Source: Rhizaria sp. SCN 62-66
Taxonomy: Eukaryota
Direction of reading: 5' to 3'
Assembly: GCA_001724265.1 (NCBI GenBank)
Contig: MEDY01000023.1
Span: 62,001-126,000, forward strand
DNA: 64,000 nucleotides
Made by a program: the position numbers and the translations under genes. Below are positions 13,443-27,432 of this stretch, piece after piece. The notes under the pieces are model-generated. The model did no database searches and was not told where the DNA came from. It saw only the letters and a list, made by a program, of their open reading frames with translations. Position 1 is the first letter of the stretch. Each line of letters starts with the position of its first letter.

Positions 13443-16400
13443 ATGGCGTCCCAGTACGCAGACTACGCGTCGCACGCGCTGCCGCCCGCCACGGCGGCTG
13501 CCCCACCCGCGTTCCCGGCCCGCGAGCGCATTCCTATGCCGCCGCCCCTGCACCAGCGCCACAGCAGCAGCGCCGCGCTCTCGGCCACAGCCGCAGCAAC
13601 GGCCAGCGCCAGCAGCGCCAGTAGCGCAAGCCCTCTGCTGTCGACCCAACGCTCCGCCTCCGCCGCTGCGGCCGGCGGCAGTGACGTCAAGCGTAGCCTT
13701 ATCCTCTCCGCGTCTGCGCAGTTCATCGCCGACCTGCGCGCGTCGCTGCAGCGCCAGTCGCAGGCGCTCCGCCTGCTCGCGCAGCAGCGTACTGACAAGC
13801 GCATGAGCATCGCCTCGACGGACCACGTGCTCTCCGCGCTTCGCCAGCAGCTCGCACAGATTATGCAGGGCCAGGCGCAGGGCCAGGGCCACAACGCGGC
13901 CGAGGTCGCGGCACGCATCGCGTCGCTCGAGGCCTCGCGCGCCGGCGAGGAGGCCGCGCTGGCCGCTTTGTCGCAGCAGCTCAACGACGCTGAGCGCGCG
14001 CACGATAAGACGCAGGCGGAGCTCTACAAGCACGCCGAGGTTGAGGCCGCGATTGCGCAGGTGAGACAGGAGGAGGCCGACGAGACTGACCGCCGTGCCG
14101 CCGCCACCATCGGCAGCCACAGCCACAGCACCTCGCGTGGCCCGCGTCCTGGCTACACGACCGCTACGAGCAGCGATAACATTAACGGTAGCGCGGAGAG
14201 CGACGCGAGCTCATTCGCGGACACCAGTCGTCTGTTTCCCCCGGGCTCGCGCTTTCAGTCGACGCTGCAGCCGGGTGCTGTGGCCAACACGCTCAAGCCC
14301 ACGTTCGCGGCCCGCGCCGCCGCGGCCGCCGCCAGTGAGGCCGCTGCCGCTGAGGCCGCTGCTGCCGCTGCATCGCGCACGGGGTCCCTGCAGGCCAGCG
14401 TGGCGGCGTCGCGGCTTGCTATCTCCGCGGCCGCCGCGGGCAGGATTGCGGCCGCCGAGGCCAAGGCCAACACACAGGTACGGCGAGCTAGCGATGATAT
14501 TATTGTGATATTTTCTCTCGGATTCGAATATTTTCTCCACTTTAACCGGGGTATTTGCAGATATTGGTCTCTATTTATTGTAATTTTAAGTCATTAAAAC
14601 AATTAATTCTTACAAAATCGATATATCTTTCACTTTGTAACTCCTTGCCTTGTTCGCTTCCGACAGGCGCTGGAGCGTGTGGAGCTCAACGCCGCCGGCA
14701 TCAACGCTGACGCAGTGCTCGCCGTGCGCGATGAAGCCGAGGCCGCAGAGCGCCGTGCCGCCGAGCGCGCGCAGCGCCTCCGCGCCAGTGCGGCCAAGAT
14801 TGCGCACGACGTCGCGGAGGAGAGTCGCCACGCGATCGCTGAGGTACGTGGTCACAGACTGATAACAAGTAGAAACTGGACACTCAAAGAGAGATTTGTT
14901 ATTGGAGCTATATTAAAGCTGGGAACAACGGGATATTTAAGTTCTGAACCTCATTATATATTCTCAATCTCCACTTTTCTTTCATCGTGTGCCATATTTG
15001 CGCTTCTGTAGGCCGAGAAGGCGCAGCAGGAGGAGGCCCGCCATCGCGCGATCCGCGGCCACCTTGGCCGCTCTGCACTCTCTAATCCGGACCTCGCCGT
15101 GGCGCCCGCGGCGACGCAGCGCGCGCTGGACGCCGCGCTGGTGCAAATGGACCGCGCGAGCGTCGAGTTGCACTCCGTGACGGGACCGGGCGCGGGCGCG
15201 CGCAGGCACGAGGCGCGCCTGGCGGCCGCGGCCGAGGCGGCGGAGGCGGCCGCCACGGCGGAGCGCCAGCGCGGGCAGACGCTGCCTTACAGCACCGCCG
15301 ATATCGCTAGTATTAAGGCTAGCGAGGCCGCAAGTAACAACAATAACAACAGTAACACCGCAAAGCAGCAGCAGCCGGATCAGCCCGAGTCAGAGCAGAA
15401 GGCCGCGAGCTACGTTGTTAATGGCCCGCCCTACTTGCCCCGCAGCGCGATGCCCCGGAGCACCGCCATCACTGCCAGCAGCAACCCCGAGAGCGACACC
15501 GCAGCGGGCGGTCTTGACAGCGACAACGACACTGACGACATCTCGGCGTCTAGTCCCAGCGATCTTTCCGCCGCCGCGCTCGCCGCCGCCGCGGCCCGCG
15601 CCCGCGCGGACGTGTCGCAGACCGAGCGGCTGGCGCACATGCTACAGGCCTCGGCCGCGGGCCGCGCCGCGCGGTCCGCCCCGGCGCAAGCGCGAGCGCT
15701 GGCGGCCGTGGCGGCGCAGCGCGAGCGCCAGGCGCGCGGCGAGAACAAACTCGTCTGTGGGCGCGCGTACGAGACGCCCGTGTTTACGTTTACGCCAGGG
15801 TCCGTCGATTTCCCCGACTTTGCGCCCGGGAAGCAGTACGCGCGCCGGATCACGGCGACCAATGTGTCTTTCGGGCCCAACTCGATCCGCCCCCTTCCTT
15901 GCCCCGAGCCAGGTACGACTCAGAAGAGATCTTTTGTCTCGACATATCTCAATAATTTTTGTTAATTGTTAGATATCGTTTGTTTATTCGGATATTAAAA
16001 GTATTTAAAAATATATTTAGACAATATTTACCCATAAATCACTCCAAAATGCTTGATTTTTGGATAATCTCCGCCACAGGACCGCTGGCGGGCTCCGTGC
16101 GCGTGTCGCACACCCCCGCACCGGCCGGCATGCCCGCGGGCACCACGGCGGCCTTCACGGTGCATTTTGCCCCGCGCCGCTTCCTCCCCGTGTCCACCGC
16201 AGTGACGCTACTGACCGAGGCGGGCCCGTTGACGCTGCCGGTGCGCGCGCGGCCTCCGCGCGCGCGCATCGCACTGTCACTGCCGCTGTCGCAGAACAGC
16301 AGCACCAGTCTCGGCGCCACAATCAGCTCCCGCGCCAACGCCAACGACAGCGAGAGCGCTGGCGCCAGCGCGAGCGCGAGTGAGTCGTCTGCTGCGGCGC

Positions 16401-19400
16401 TGGTCAGGCATCAAGTGACTGTGAGCGCGAGTCTGTCACTGGGCAGCGTCGTCGTCGGCGGAGCGCTCAAGAAGAGCTTTGTGGTGAGCAACAACGGCGC
16501 GATTCCGGTCAAGCTGCGCATGATGCTGGCGCCTCTCGAAGGAGACAGTGATGATAGCAACGACGAAATGATCAGTTTCAACAACAACTCTGATTTTGGC
16601 GGCAACACCAACATGGTCCACGGTCATGTGAACTACTCCTACAACGGCGATGAGCAGCCCTCGCAGCGCGGTGACCAGCTTCCTGTCCTGCCCCTGAGCA
16701 CGCTGAGCGCCCCGTACAGCACACAGTCGCTGGTGCTGCGCGGGTACTCTTCCACCACGGTGACCGTGAGTTTCTCCGCCGTTTCCCCCGGCGCCGTCAA
16801 GGCGGTGCTCCGCGTTGCCGCCCGCCTGCTGTGCGCCAGCGACGTTTACCACGAGCCCGCGGATACCGCGGTCGGCACGCCCGCCGCGGTGGCGTTCTCG
16901 AGCCGCAACCCGCTCACCAGCGACGTCAGCGCCAGCGGCTACGCGATGCACAGCGCGGGCAACGAGATCACGCACGACGGCGACGGCACTGCCGGCAACG
17001 ACGGCGCTAATTCAAGCGCGAGCGCGGTCGTGATTGAGCCCGGCGTGGCGCCCACGGACGCGCACTGCCAGTTCCTCACGGGTGTGTACGCGCCGGACCC
17101 GCCCTCGCGCTTCGCCAATACGCTCGCACCGGCCACTAAGGACGCTGCCAGCTTGACCACCTACGGCAGCGAAAACGATAAGAACAGGAGCGGTGGTGAC
17201 CGTGAGCGCGCGCTGCTGGCGGCCGTCGCCGCCGACCGCGACGACACGGCGCCGTGGCCCGAGCTCGCGCTGTCCGCAGCGACTCTGCAGCGCACGCATC
17301 CGACGACGCTGGCGTCTGTGTGGCGGTCGCCGCGGCGCTGGGATGTGCTCGTCACGGCCACGGCCACGGACCTCCCGCTCATCCTCGTCCCGCACCCGCC
17401 CCGCAACGCCAAGGCCAGCGCCAGTGCCGGTGACGTTTCCATCGCGATCTCCCCGCTTTCTGGCTACACAGGGCCCCTGGGCGGGACCAACACCGCCACC
17501 GCCGCGGTGGCTATGGCGGGCGTGGCGGGTGGGGACACCGTGCTGGACATGCAGGTCTGCGGCGTGGGCAAAACACACCGCGCCGCGCTCGGCGTGCGCA
17601 GTCTGGCCACAGCGACGACACGGGTCGACTTCACCGTCCCCGCCTGGGCCGCGGGCGCTGTCACGGTCACGCCCAGGACGCTCTTCGTGCAGGGCGTCGC
17701 CGCCGCCAGCGACGGCGATGCGCAGCAACAGCAGCAACAACATCAGCAGCTGTTGCAGCAGGTGACGGTGACTGTGGCTGCTACAGCGGCGTTCAGGAGG
17801 GAAGCGCGTCGCCGCAACAAGCTCGCTCTGAACATGAACGCTGGCGGCACTCTCCGTGCGACACTGGGCGGCAATGGCTTTGGCGCTACGGCGGCTGTGA
17901 ACGACACCAGCAATAAGATGACGCTCTATGGCGACACCAGTGCTAGAACTGCTACTTACGATGATGACGGCGTTGATGGCGACAGCTACTACTCCGACGA
18001 CCACAAGTTCGGCGGCGGCGGCGGCTTCGGTTCGATCCAGGGCGGATTACACTCCACCCTTGCGCCGGGACTCTACGACCCGCTGGACCTGCTATGCCTG
18101 AGCATCAAGGTGACGTCTCCGTCGCACAGCATCCCGCTGCCACTGACGCTGCTGGCGCGCCTGTGCTCGAGCCAGCTGCGCGTGTCGTCGCGCGCGCTGT
18201 CATTCGGCACGTGCTTCACGGGACAGACTGCGGCGTTGGCGCTCACGGTCACTAACCCGGCGCCGTACGTCGCGCACGTCGCCGTGTCAGGGCTCGGTAT
18301 CAGCACCACGGGCGGCGCAGCCGTGCTCGCGCTTGACGCCGGCGCCGCCGCTGTCAGCACCAACAACAACAGTAACAACAGCAATAACAATAACAGTAGC
18401 AGCGCGAGTGCGGGCGCCAACACGGCAAACACTGCGGTTGCGAATAAGACTGTCGCGCGCGCTGGTGCGAATAGTGCGCGTGCTGGCCCTAGCGCGGACT
18501 GCTTTGCCATCCCCCCGGCATCCTCTGTGACCGTCTACGTTCTCGTCACGCCTACCGCGCTGGCGCCCGTCGAAGGCACTGTTACACTCACTCCGCTGCG
18601 GGCGTCGCCTGTGGTCGTCAAGGTAAGCGGCCGCGCCGCCGCGCCGCCGCTGCTGCTGTCCGCGGCCGTGCTGCGCGTGCCGCCCACGGCCGACGGCGAC
18701 AGCTGCATCGCGACTTTCACCGTCACCAACACCAGCAACACGCATAAGTACGTCGAAGCGAGAGCAGTTAACGCTATGAAGCGCCGATCATATTCAATTG
18801 TATAGTTTTATGTGAAATTTTCCGAATGCATCGTGGTGATCGGTATTGAGATGTACGTTTCTGCTTTACTATGGAGTTCTATCACTGACATATCTCCACT
18901 CTTGTTTCTTGTTACTGCTGCATCACAGGACCTTCTCGCTCTCAGCCCCGGCCCCCGCGACGACGGTCAGCGGCCAGACCGACAGCGACGGACTCGGCAA
19001 CGGCGGTTTCACTCTGCCCCGTGCCCTTGGGCGGCTTATCTTTGACGCTGGCGACGAGAACATCACCGCTGACGCGGCTGACTCGGCGGGTAGCACTTCC
19101 GAGGGCGGCTCAGCTTTGAGCGGGGGCGGCCTGACCTCCTCCGCGCTGAGCAGGTACTTAGACCCGCCTTTAGCGCCCGGCTCGCTTGCCGAGCTCTCCG
19201 GCGGCGCAGGTACGGCCAACATCCCCCTCAACACGCTCGCCAACACCCCCGCGATTGTAAGTGCCATCTGCTCGGGGTACTTAGAGTTCAGCCCCAGTCT
19301 TAAAACGCTCGCGCCAGGTGAATGCACCGAAGTCCAGGTCACGTTTGCGCCGCAGATGTTTGCGCGCCTCGCCTCCGCGCTCGCCCGCAGCAACAGCCCC

Positions 19401-22400
19401 GGCAGCAGCAACGCCAAGAGCAACGCGAGCCTCGGCGCCGACGCTGGCACTGGCGCTGGGACTGACTCGACTGCTGCCGCGTCTTCGCTGTCGTCGGCGG
19501 CGGGCGCGGCGTCGCTGGTCTCGTTCTCCGGTCCGCTGGCCGAGGCCGCGTCGCTCGATGCGCTCTTGTTTCCCGCCCATAGCCAGCAGTCCAACAGCAC
19601 CAACGGCAGCAGCAACAACAACAACGGCAGTAACAGAGCGAGCTCAAGCGCAGGCCAGTTCGCCTTCGACGGCAACTACGGCGGCTTCAACGACGACGAT
19701 GAGGGCGCCGACTTCGACTCCTTCGGCATGCACGCCTCTCTCGCCGCCGCCAACAGCAGCAGCGGAGGCGGCGTGCGCAGCGAGATCCCCGGTTTGGCTC
19801 CGGTCCCGCCTAGCGCCAGCGCAGGGTTTGCCGCGCTCTGGCGCCGCCACGGCCGCCACCGCGTCGCTATCCACGTCCAGTCGCAGCCGCAGTCAGCGGG
19901 CGTCGCTGCTATTAACCGTAGCAGCGGCGGTGACTCTATCGCGACGATGTTCCTGACTGTGGAGACGACTGCGACGCTGCCGGCGCTGCGCGCGTCGGTG
20001 TCCACACTGCGCTTCGGCTGCGTCGCCTCGAGCGCCAGCGCCGCGCTCACAGTGCGCCTCGCGAACCTGACTTCGGAGCCGCTCGAGGCCGCCGCGCTGC
20101 CGCTGCCGCCGCGCTGCGCCTTCAGGCTCTCGGCGCCTTCGGTCATCGTCCCGCCGCTGGGCACCGCCGTCGCCACCGTCGTCTTCACGCCCGCCGCTGC
20201 CGCCAAGGCAGGGTCCAAGGGCGGCGCCGGTGACAACAGCGCGACGTCCGTCACCGAGGTGCTCACTCCAGGCAGCAACAACAACAACAGCAGCAGTAGC
20301 AGCGGGGAGACGGCTGCGGCGGAGCAGCGCCAGGAGCTCGTCTGGCTGGCGCGCCCCGCGGGCCTGCCGACCGCGGCCGCGCAGGCGCGCGCGCTGGCGG
20401 AGCGGCCCGTGGCGCGCGTGCGCGTGACGGTGACGGGGCAGGCCGTGACGCCAGTCGTCGCGCTCGCGCTGCCGCCCGCGCCGCACCTTTCGCTCATGTT
20501 AAGTCAAAACAACAACAACAGCAGCAGCAGCAATGCTGCCGTGGGTGCTAACGTTTCTCCCGCTGCTGCCGCCAGTGTCAGCGCTGCTAGCCGTGTGACC
20601 ACCGCTACGGCGAGTGATGCCAGTCGCAACAACAACAACAGCAACAGCAGCAGCGTCAACGGCGGCAGCAGCGGCTTGAGCCCGAGCACGAACACCGGCA
20701 CCGAGGGCTGGTCTGCGGTGAGCACGACTGGCGGCGCGCGGCCAGTGCTGTTTGCCTTCATGGGCGACGTTCTCGCGGGCGACTCAGCGACGCGCGCGCT
20801 GGTGATCCGCAATGAGTCCGCGCTCGCCACGCTCAGCTTTGCGCTCAACGCGCCCGTGTCGCTGGCGTCTCTGGTCCGAAGCGGCAGCAACGACAAGACG
20901 AAGGGCAGGGCGAGTGCCAAGGGAAGCAAAAATGCCAAGAGCGCGCCCGCAAAGGCTGGTGACGCGAGTGCGAGCGCACAGCAGATGGCTGTGAGCAGCG
21001 CGAGTTCTGGTTATAGCCACGCGAGCGCCTTCACCATGGAGCCGTCTTCGCTGAAGCTGCCGCCGAAGCGCTCCGCCGTGGTGCTGCTGCGCTACTCGCC
21101 GCAGACGCCGTCGGCGTTAAGTCAGGCCGCGTACGACCTGGGCGGGGCGGTGCTCGTGATGCACGGCCGCGCCCACGCGAGGCAGATGTTCGTTCTCAGC
21201 AGCAACGGCGACGGCGACAGCGCGGCCGCGAGTGCGACGACTGTGCCTCAGCTTATCAACGGCAGCACCAGTGCGTCCAGCGATGGCAAGAGAGCCATTT
21301 GCGCGACCGCTGCGCAGCCGGCGTGTCTGTTCGACCCTTGGGCCCACCCCAACCGGAGCAGTGTTGCTACCGCCGCCTCCAGCAGCAGCAGCAGCGGCTC
21401 TGGCAGCAACGCTGCGCCGGTCGCGGGCGGTGCGGCCACGGTTGTCCGCAGCAGCACGCACGCCGCGCTGGCGCTGGCCATCTCGCGCGCCTCCGTTCTC
21501 CGCGCCTCCAAGGGCGCCATGGAGGCGCGGTCGCAGGCTCACTCACAGGCACAGGCGCAGTCTCATGCACTCTGCAGCACCAGCGCCCCCGGCGGTGCGG
21601 TGGAGACCGGGCTGCCCGGCGTGCGCTACGTGCCCGCAGGCGCGTTCCTGGACGGTGCTGAGCCCGACGCCGGCGCGTTGCTGCCGCTCGTGCTCTCGAC
21701 CGCGGGCACGCCCGCCGCTGGCGCTGCCACTGGCGCTGGCGCTGCTAGCGCGGGCGCGGGCGCGGGCGCAGGCGCTTTGGGTGGCGACTTGCAGGCGCTG
21801 CAGGCGCAGCCGTGGTCGCCGGTGCCTGGGCTGGCGCAGTCCGCCACGCTGCTGGCCGCCGGCGCGCTCACGCTGTCTATGAACCCCCCACAGCCTTCCT
21901 CCAGCAGCGCTGAGCAAGTGGCCGTGGGCGCGCCGCAGCAGCAGTCGCAGGCGACTGTGGACAGCGTGCTTGACGCGGCCGCCGCGCAGACGCTTCAGGG
22001 CGCGGCCATCACGGCCGGTCTCGCTCCCCTGCACGACTGCAATAGCGCCAGCTTCAACGCGAGCAGCAGCGGCAGCATCGCGGCGAACGCCCCTGCCAAC
22101 GCTAGCGCTGCCGCGGGTGCTCCTGCGAGCGCCTCCGCTGCTGGCAATGGCGCGGCGGGCAACGACGCGCTGGCGCTGCTGCTGCAGCAGGGCTCCTTTG
22201 GCGGCAAGAGCGCTGCACTGGCGAGCTTCGCCAAGAGTCTCTTCTCGCAGCCCGCGACGGCCTCGCTCTTGCCTGCCGCTCACTGTGGCGTAAGCAGCAC
22301 CGTGAGCACTGCTTCGGCCGGCGCTGGCGGCGCGGGCGCCAAGAAGCCGGCGACTGCGGCTGTTAGCAACATCAGCAGCAGCGGCAGCGGCAGTAGCGCT

Positions 22401-24401
22401 GGTAGCAACAGCGGCCGCGGTCGCCCTGCTTTTGCGACAACCGGCAATGCCAACAGTGTTAACAACGCCAACGCCGCGGCTGCTTCTGGGAGCAACGCGA
22501 GCGCTGCTGCCGGTGCCGCCGCTGCTACGCCTGTGCCCGCGAGTGTGCTCCCGCTGACGCTGAGCGAAGGCGAGCACTCGGTCTCGCTGGCGACCGCGCT
22601 CGTCGCCGCGGGCCTCACCACGGCCGACCGCGTCGCCGCCGCCACCACGGGCCCCGTCGTCGCGCAGCTCGGCGCCGGCGCCGCCGCGGGCACCGGCGCC
22701 GGCGCTGGCGTGGCCGGCAGCGGCAACCTGCTGTTGCTCTCCGCCCCCGTTCAGGCCGCCGCCGCTCCGGCTGCGGCGACGTCGCGCAGCAGCAGCACAA
22801 ACCGCAGGTCCGGAGTCATCAGTAGCAGCGGGGGCGCCAGCAGCGGCGCCGGCTCCAGCTCTGCAGCCGCTGTGGGCGCCACGCACGCCCACGGACACAG
22901 CGCGACGCAACAGCAGCAGCAGCTCCAGCAGCAGCAACAGCAACAGCAGCAGCAGCTGGAGGCCGCGGCGGCGCAGGCCGAGAACGCTCGCCGCAGCCTG
23001 GGCGCGCGCGTGCTGCTGCGTCAGATCGCCGTCGGCTGCGCCGCCGTGGTGCCCGCGCAGCCCGACGCCGCCCTCGTTGCCGGCGCCTACCAGGCCCTCA
23101 CGGACCCCGAGCAGAGCGCCGCGCAGCAGCAGGCCGCCGCCGCAGCCGCCGCCGCAGCCGCCGCGGCCGCTGCGCCGGTGACCGGGGCGGGCACGGCTGC
23201 GGGCCGTCGCGCTGCAGCCGCGGCCGCTGCCGCAGCCGCTGCTGCGGGCAACGCGCCAGTGGGCGCTTCCGCTGCCGCTGCTGCAGGCAAGGGCGGCGCG
23301 GGAGCGAGCACTGGCTCTGCTGCCGGCGCCAGTAGCAGTGGCAGCGCAAACGCCGCTGCTGCGGGCGGCGCGGCGGCCGCTGCGGGCACGGCTGCGGCTG
23401 CCTCTGCTGCCGCAGCGGCCGCGGGCGCAGGATTCACAGGTTCCTTCGCGTTCACCACCGCCGAGGGGCTGCCGCTCGCGGACACGCTGGCGGCGCTGCC
23501 GCAGCAACTCGCCGTCACCCGCGCCAGCGCCGCCAGCGTGGCCGCCGGCGCTCTCCCAGCTGGCGCTGGCTCTGGCCTTGGCGGCATGGGCTCCGGCAGC
23601 AGCGGCGGCGGCGCAGTCCTGCCCGGCAGCGGCAGCAACTCCTCTCGTCCCCCGCGCGGTGGCGCCGGCTCTAGCAGTAGCGGTGACGCGTCCGACGGCA
23701 GCGCCGGCGCCGGGACTCTCGGCGGCGCCGGCTCCGAAGGCCTGCTGTGCGACCCCGCGCTGCTGTCTCCGCTTGACCCGCTGCGGTACGTCACCGTGGA
23801 GCCGGCTTGTGGCGCGCTCAGGCGCGGGCAGAGCGCCGTGGTGTCGATCTGGTTCAACGTCGCGGCCTACGCGCGCGCGCTCAAGGTCACCACGTTCGCC
23901 ACCTTCGCCCCCGCGGCGGCGACCAGCGCGGCCTCGCAGGCGGCGAACGGCGCCGGCGCAGGCGCGAACGGGCAGGACGACGAACAGAGCGCAGGCGCGG
24001 GCGCGGGCCACGGACCTCACTCCTCCGCAAGCGCCGCCGCTCGCGACGGACTGGCCAGCGGCTCTGCTTCTGCGTCTGGCGCTGGCGCTGGCTTGAACGC
24101 GGCGTCTTCCTCATCTGAGGCAGAGGCGGAGGCGGAGGCCGCGCTGCGGGTGGTGCCCCGCGGCGCATCGGACCTCATCCCGCGCTGGGTCAGCGTCCCG
24201 CTCCTGCTCACGCTCCGCGGCGGCGCCACCTCGCTCCCTCTCGGCGCGCAGCACCAGGGCGCAACCGCCGCTGGGGTTGCCGGCGCGGTGGCGTTGGCAG
24301 GAGCCGGGGGCGCGACGGTGGCTGTGCCGGGGGCGCCGGCGCAGACGGTGCAGGTCGTGCTGCGCGCGTTCGTCGATCCGAGCGCCGCGACGGCGGAGTA
24401 A
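13443..24401 (+). CDS. CFAP74: Cilia/flagella-associated protein 74-like (N-terminal coiled coil plus ASH/PapD-like Ig repeats), ~3,417 aa. Exons 13443-14477, 14667-14843, 15012-15912, 16080-18747, 18929-24401
   Basis: The segment FTFTPGSVDFPDFAPGKQYARRITATNVSF and repeated 'L.FG...G....L.V.N' Ig-like modules resemble CFAP74. Four introns join the track ORFs in consistent phase. Ends TAA. Confidence 0.72.
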
Positions 24402-24789
24402 TTCGCGAATCGATCATCTTTATGTAGCGTTTTCTCGGAAAAACAAATACACAACTTTTACATTTATGTGCGTTGTCAATATCCTCAAGTGACAAGCGTT
24501 GCATTCCCAGATGAAACATGGTTCTTATGCCATATCAGTCTTGACGATAGGAGACAGAGATTCGGGCATATTCGTGTCCTCTAAGAAGTCCGCCGTCTCG
24601 ATGATACAGTTTACTTCTTCTTCGTCCACCGTCTTGAGTGAACTACACTCTGACTTGCGCATATCAAAGACTATACAGCTATCATCTCTGCTCTAAGGAG
24701 AGTGTTTACTTTTTAAACCGTTGCCATAAAAGTTAAACTGCTAATAATTATTTTTATTTTTCCACATTGTTACGTTTTCGCTCCGCAGA

Positions 24790-26937
24790 ATGTCAGTTGT
24801 ATTCGACTTGCTGAGCGGCTTGGCCCCGAACCGAGATGCCGCTTCTGTCACCGCTGCCAGCCCTGTCTACAACCCAGCTTCAACTCAGCTTTTCTTTTCT
24901 AACAATGCCAACAAACAAGACAGAATGGAAGGCGACGCAGTATGCGGCCTAGGCGCGACGACAGGGCACGAGCAAGGCGGAAGTGGAGATTTGTTGCAGG
25001 CTGATGACGACTCACTGCTCACGTTTCCCGGCCTCCCAGAGTATCACAGCGCCGACCTATCGATGGACGCGCTTGACGACGTGCTGTTTGCGTTTGACCA
25101 CGCCACCACGGAAGCGCACCGCGCCTTTCTTGCTGCACAGACAGAGCACGGGCGCCTGTTTGCGTTCGGTCGGCTTGAGAGGGTGATGCGCAAAGCGCTT
25201 GCGTCGCAGCACAAGCCTCTCATCTCACGACTCATGTACGCACTTCAACAAATCAATTCCTTTGAGTATTACAACATAATTTTGTTCGAGAATGCAAACG
25301 TGTTAAGATCTCCGAATATCTTCTCGCGTTAATCACGAATCGCGCATTGTAGATTAAGTATCATCGTCCGTACAGCTCTCACATCTTTCATTCACCCTGA
25401 CAGCAAGACCACGCCTTCCACATCCGGCGACGCGCCCTGCGCTGCCTTCATTGCCGCCGCGCTAGACCGCGAAGCATCGCAGCTGGAAGACACACTCACA
25501 TACCTCGCGCGCGCTCTGCGGCCCCCTCTGCTTATGCCCAGCAGTGATACATGCAGCAGCAACAACATCAGAACCAACGCCGCCTGTGCACCGTCGGCCC
25601 ACAACGCCCACGTCAGCGCCTCACCCGCCAGTAACACGCTGTTAGCCAGCGACTCGCCCGCGCACAGTTTGCAGCTGCTGGCGTCTGCGCCGCTCCACGC
25701 GCTCCTCGCGTCGGCCGTCTCCCGCCTCCGGGCCCACCACGCCCTGCTGCGCGGCGAGCTCGCCAACAGGGCCTGGGGCGCGGACGCCGTAGCCGCAGCA
25801 CTGGCTGAGATGGCCCGCGCGTGGGGGTAGCAGTCGGACGTGCCGGGGACGGCCACCACGGTCGTGGGCCGGCTCGGCAGCGCAGTGGGCGCGCTCTGGA
25901 GCCGCGGCAAGAGCAAAGCAGTGGCGGCTGCGGCGGCCGCGGCAGCGGCGGTGCTCAGTCCGAGAAGCAAGGCAGACAGCAGCAGCAGCGTAAGCGCAAG
26001 TGCCAGCAACAGTATCGACTGTGCTGCTGCAACTGGCGGTGCTGTTAGCGCTAATAACGAAGCTGGTGTTGGGGACGTTTTGACTGCGAGTGAGCTTGCG
26101 AGTCCCTTTGCTGCCACTCGCGGCCGCTCTGCTAATGCTCGGAATACGCTAGCTAGTGGTATCAACGACGTGACTGAGCTGTCGCGGGCAATTGCCAGCG
26201 GAAACAGTCCGATTAGTGTTGCTAAAGCAAGTCCCAATGCAGGCACAAGCGCAGACGCTGGCAACTCGAAGGGCACCGCATCTAAAACACGCACCGACGA
26301 CTCGGTTCAGAACGAGGAACGCTATAATAGCGCTAATGGACTTGTTGGTGGCCCCGTCCGCGGTGGCACTGAGATCGGGAGCGGCAGCGACAGTGACAAC
26401 GACAACGAGAATGCGTCTCTGGCCAGCACAAGCAACAAGAGCTGGAGCAAGCTCAACAGCACAACTGCGGCTGGCATGAGTGGCTGCGCTGTTACAGGGA
26501 CCGGTAGCAACGCACTACTGCAGATGTAGGTGTATCAACCAGAGAATTCTCAGTCGCAGTCAAAGCCGCGGCCGCCGGATAACCAAGATACATTGTGCGC
26601 GAACTACGATGGCGTGCTCAGCACTAACAGTGGCGGAGATGACGTGGCATGTAACAGTATCGATAGCAGCCTTCTGCTCGCATCACGCAGGCTCCAGACT
26701 ACTTTCGTTCACAGTAGCAACAGAAAGACAAACATCGGCAGTGCCTTGACTGCGGGCATTACGAGCGGCCTCAGCGGCAATCTAAGTGGTACTTTTAGTG
26801 ATAGTTTGAGTGGCCAGTGTGACATCACAGGACATCCGTTGAGCTCTGAGCTTATGTTGCTGCGCCGCCCGACAGCCAACAACACCGTCACCACGAACGT
26901 ACGTGACACAATGACAGGCCCTCAAGCTAAGAAGTGA
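24790..26937 (+). CDS. Hypothetical protein, ~659 aa. Exons 24790-25235 and 25404-26937, with two in-frame TAG codons (25828-25830, 26527-26529)
   Basis: A phase-2 intron (GTACGC...GACAG, 168 nt) joins the exons. Three track ORFs (25534, 25840, 26530) lie in one frame and are separated only by TAG. Ends TGA. Confidence 0.6.
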
Positions 26938-27432
26938 TGTGCAACCGCCTTCGTTGCCGAGAAACTCACTGAGGCAATTTGCTACAACCCCGCATCAGCA
27001 GCAGACACACACGTACCGATTTGACATAACCGTGGTGATTGAGTGGTGATGCACATGTTTCTGAATCTTAATCATCACCAAATGATATTTCGCATAGGGA
27101 AAACCCTAAAACTTGATACAATAACATCAAGAATACCACCCATTCGATTTTGTGATGTCCCTAAGGTAACAGTAGAGTTCCTTGGCTGCCAACATTCTCA
27201 GTAGACCCGAAGGGGAAATGTATTTTTTGCACACCGGGAAGATAACGCGGTGATATTGCTCAGTAATGTTTGTTGATCACGTGCACGGACCATAATGTTT
27301 ATCCTCGCTGCTCAAAGTGTGGTTGTATTGTAGTCTAAGTAATGCCCCTGGCCCTATCATGTCAGGTTCTTGCATCGTTGTACTCGGGTAATACAAAATA
27401 TATACAGCTAAATCGTCACAGATATGTTAAGC

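Noticed and set aside
27101-27110. AAACCCTAAA telomere-like / telo-box motif
   Set aside because: It is a single copy between convergent gene ends and is compatible with chance.
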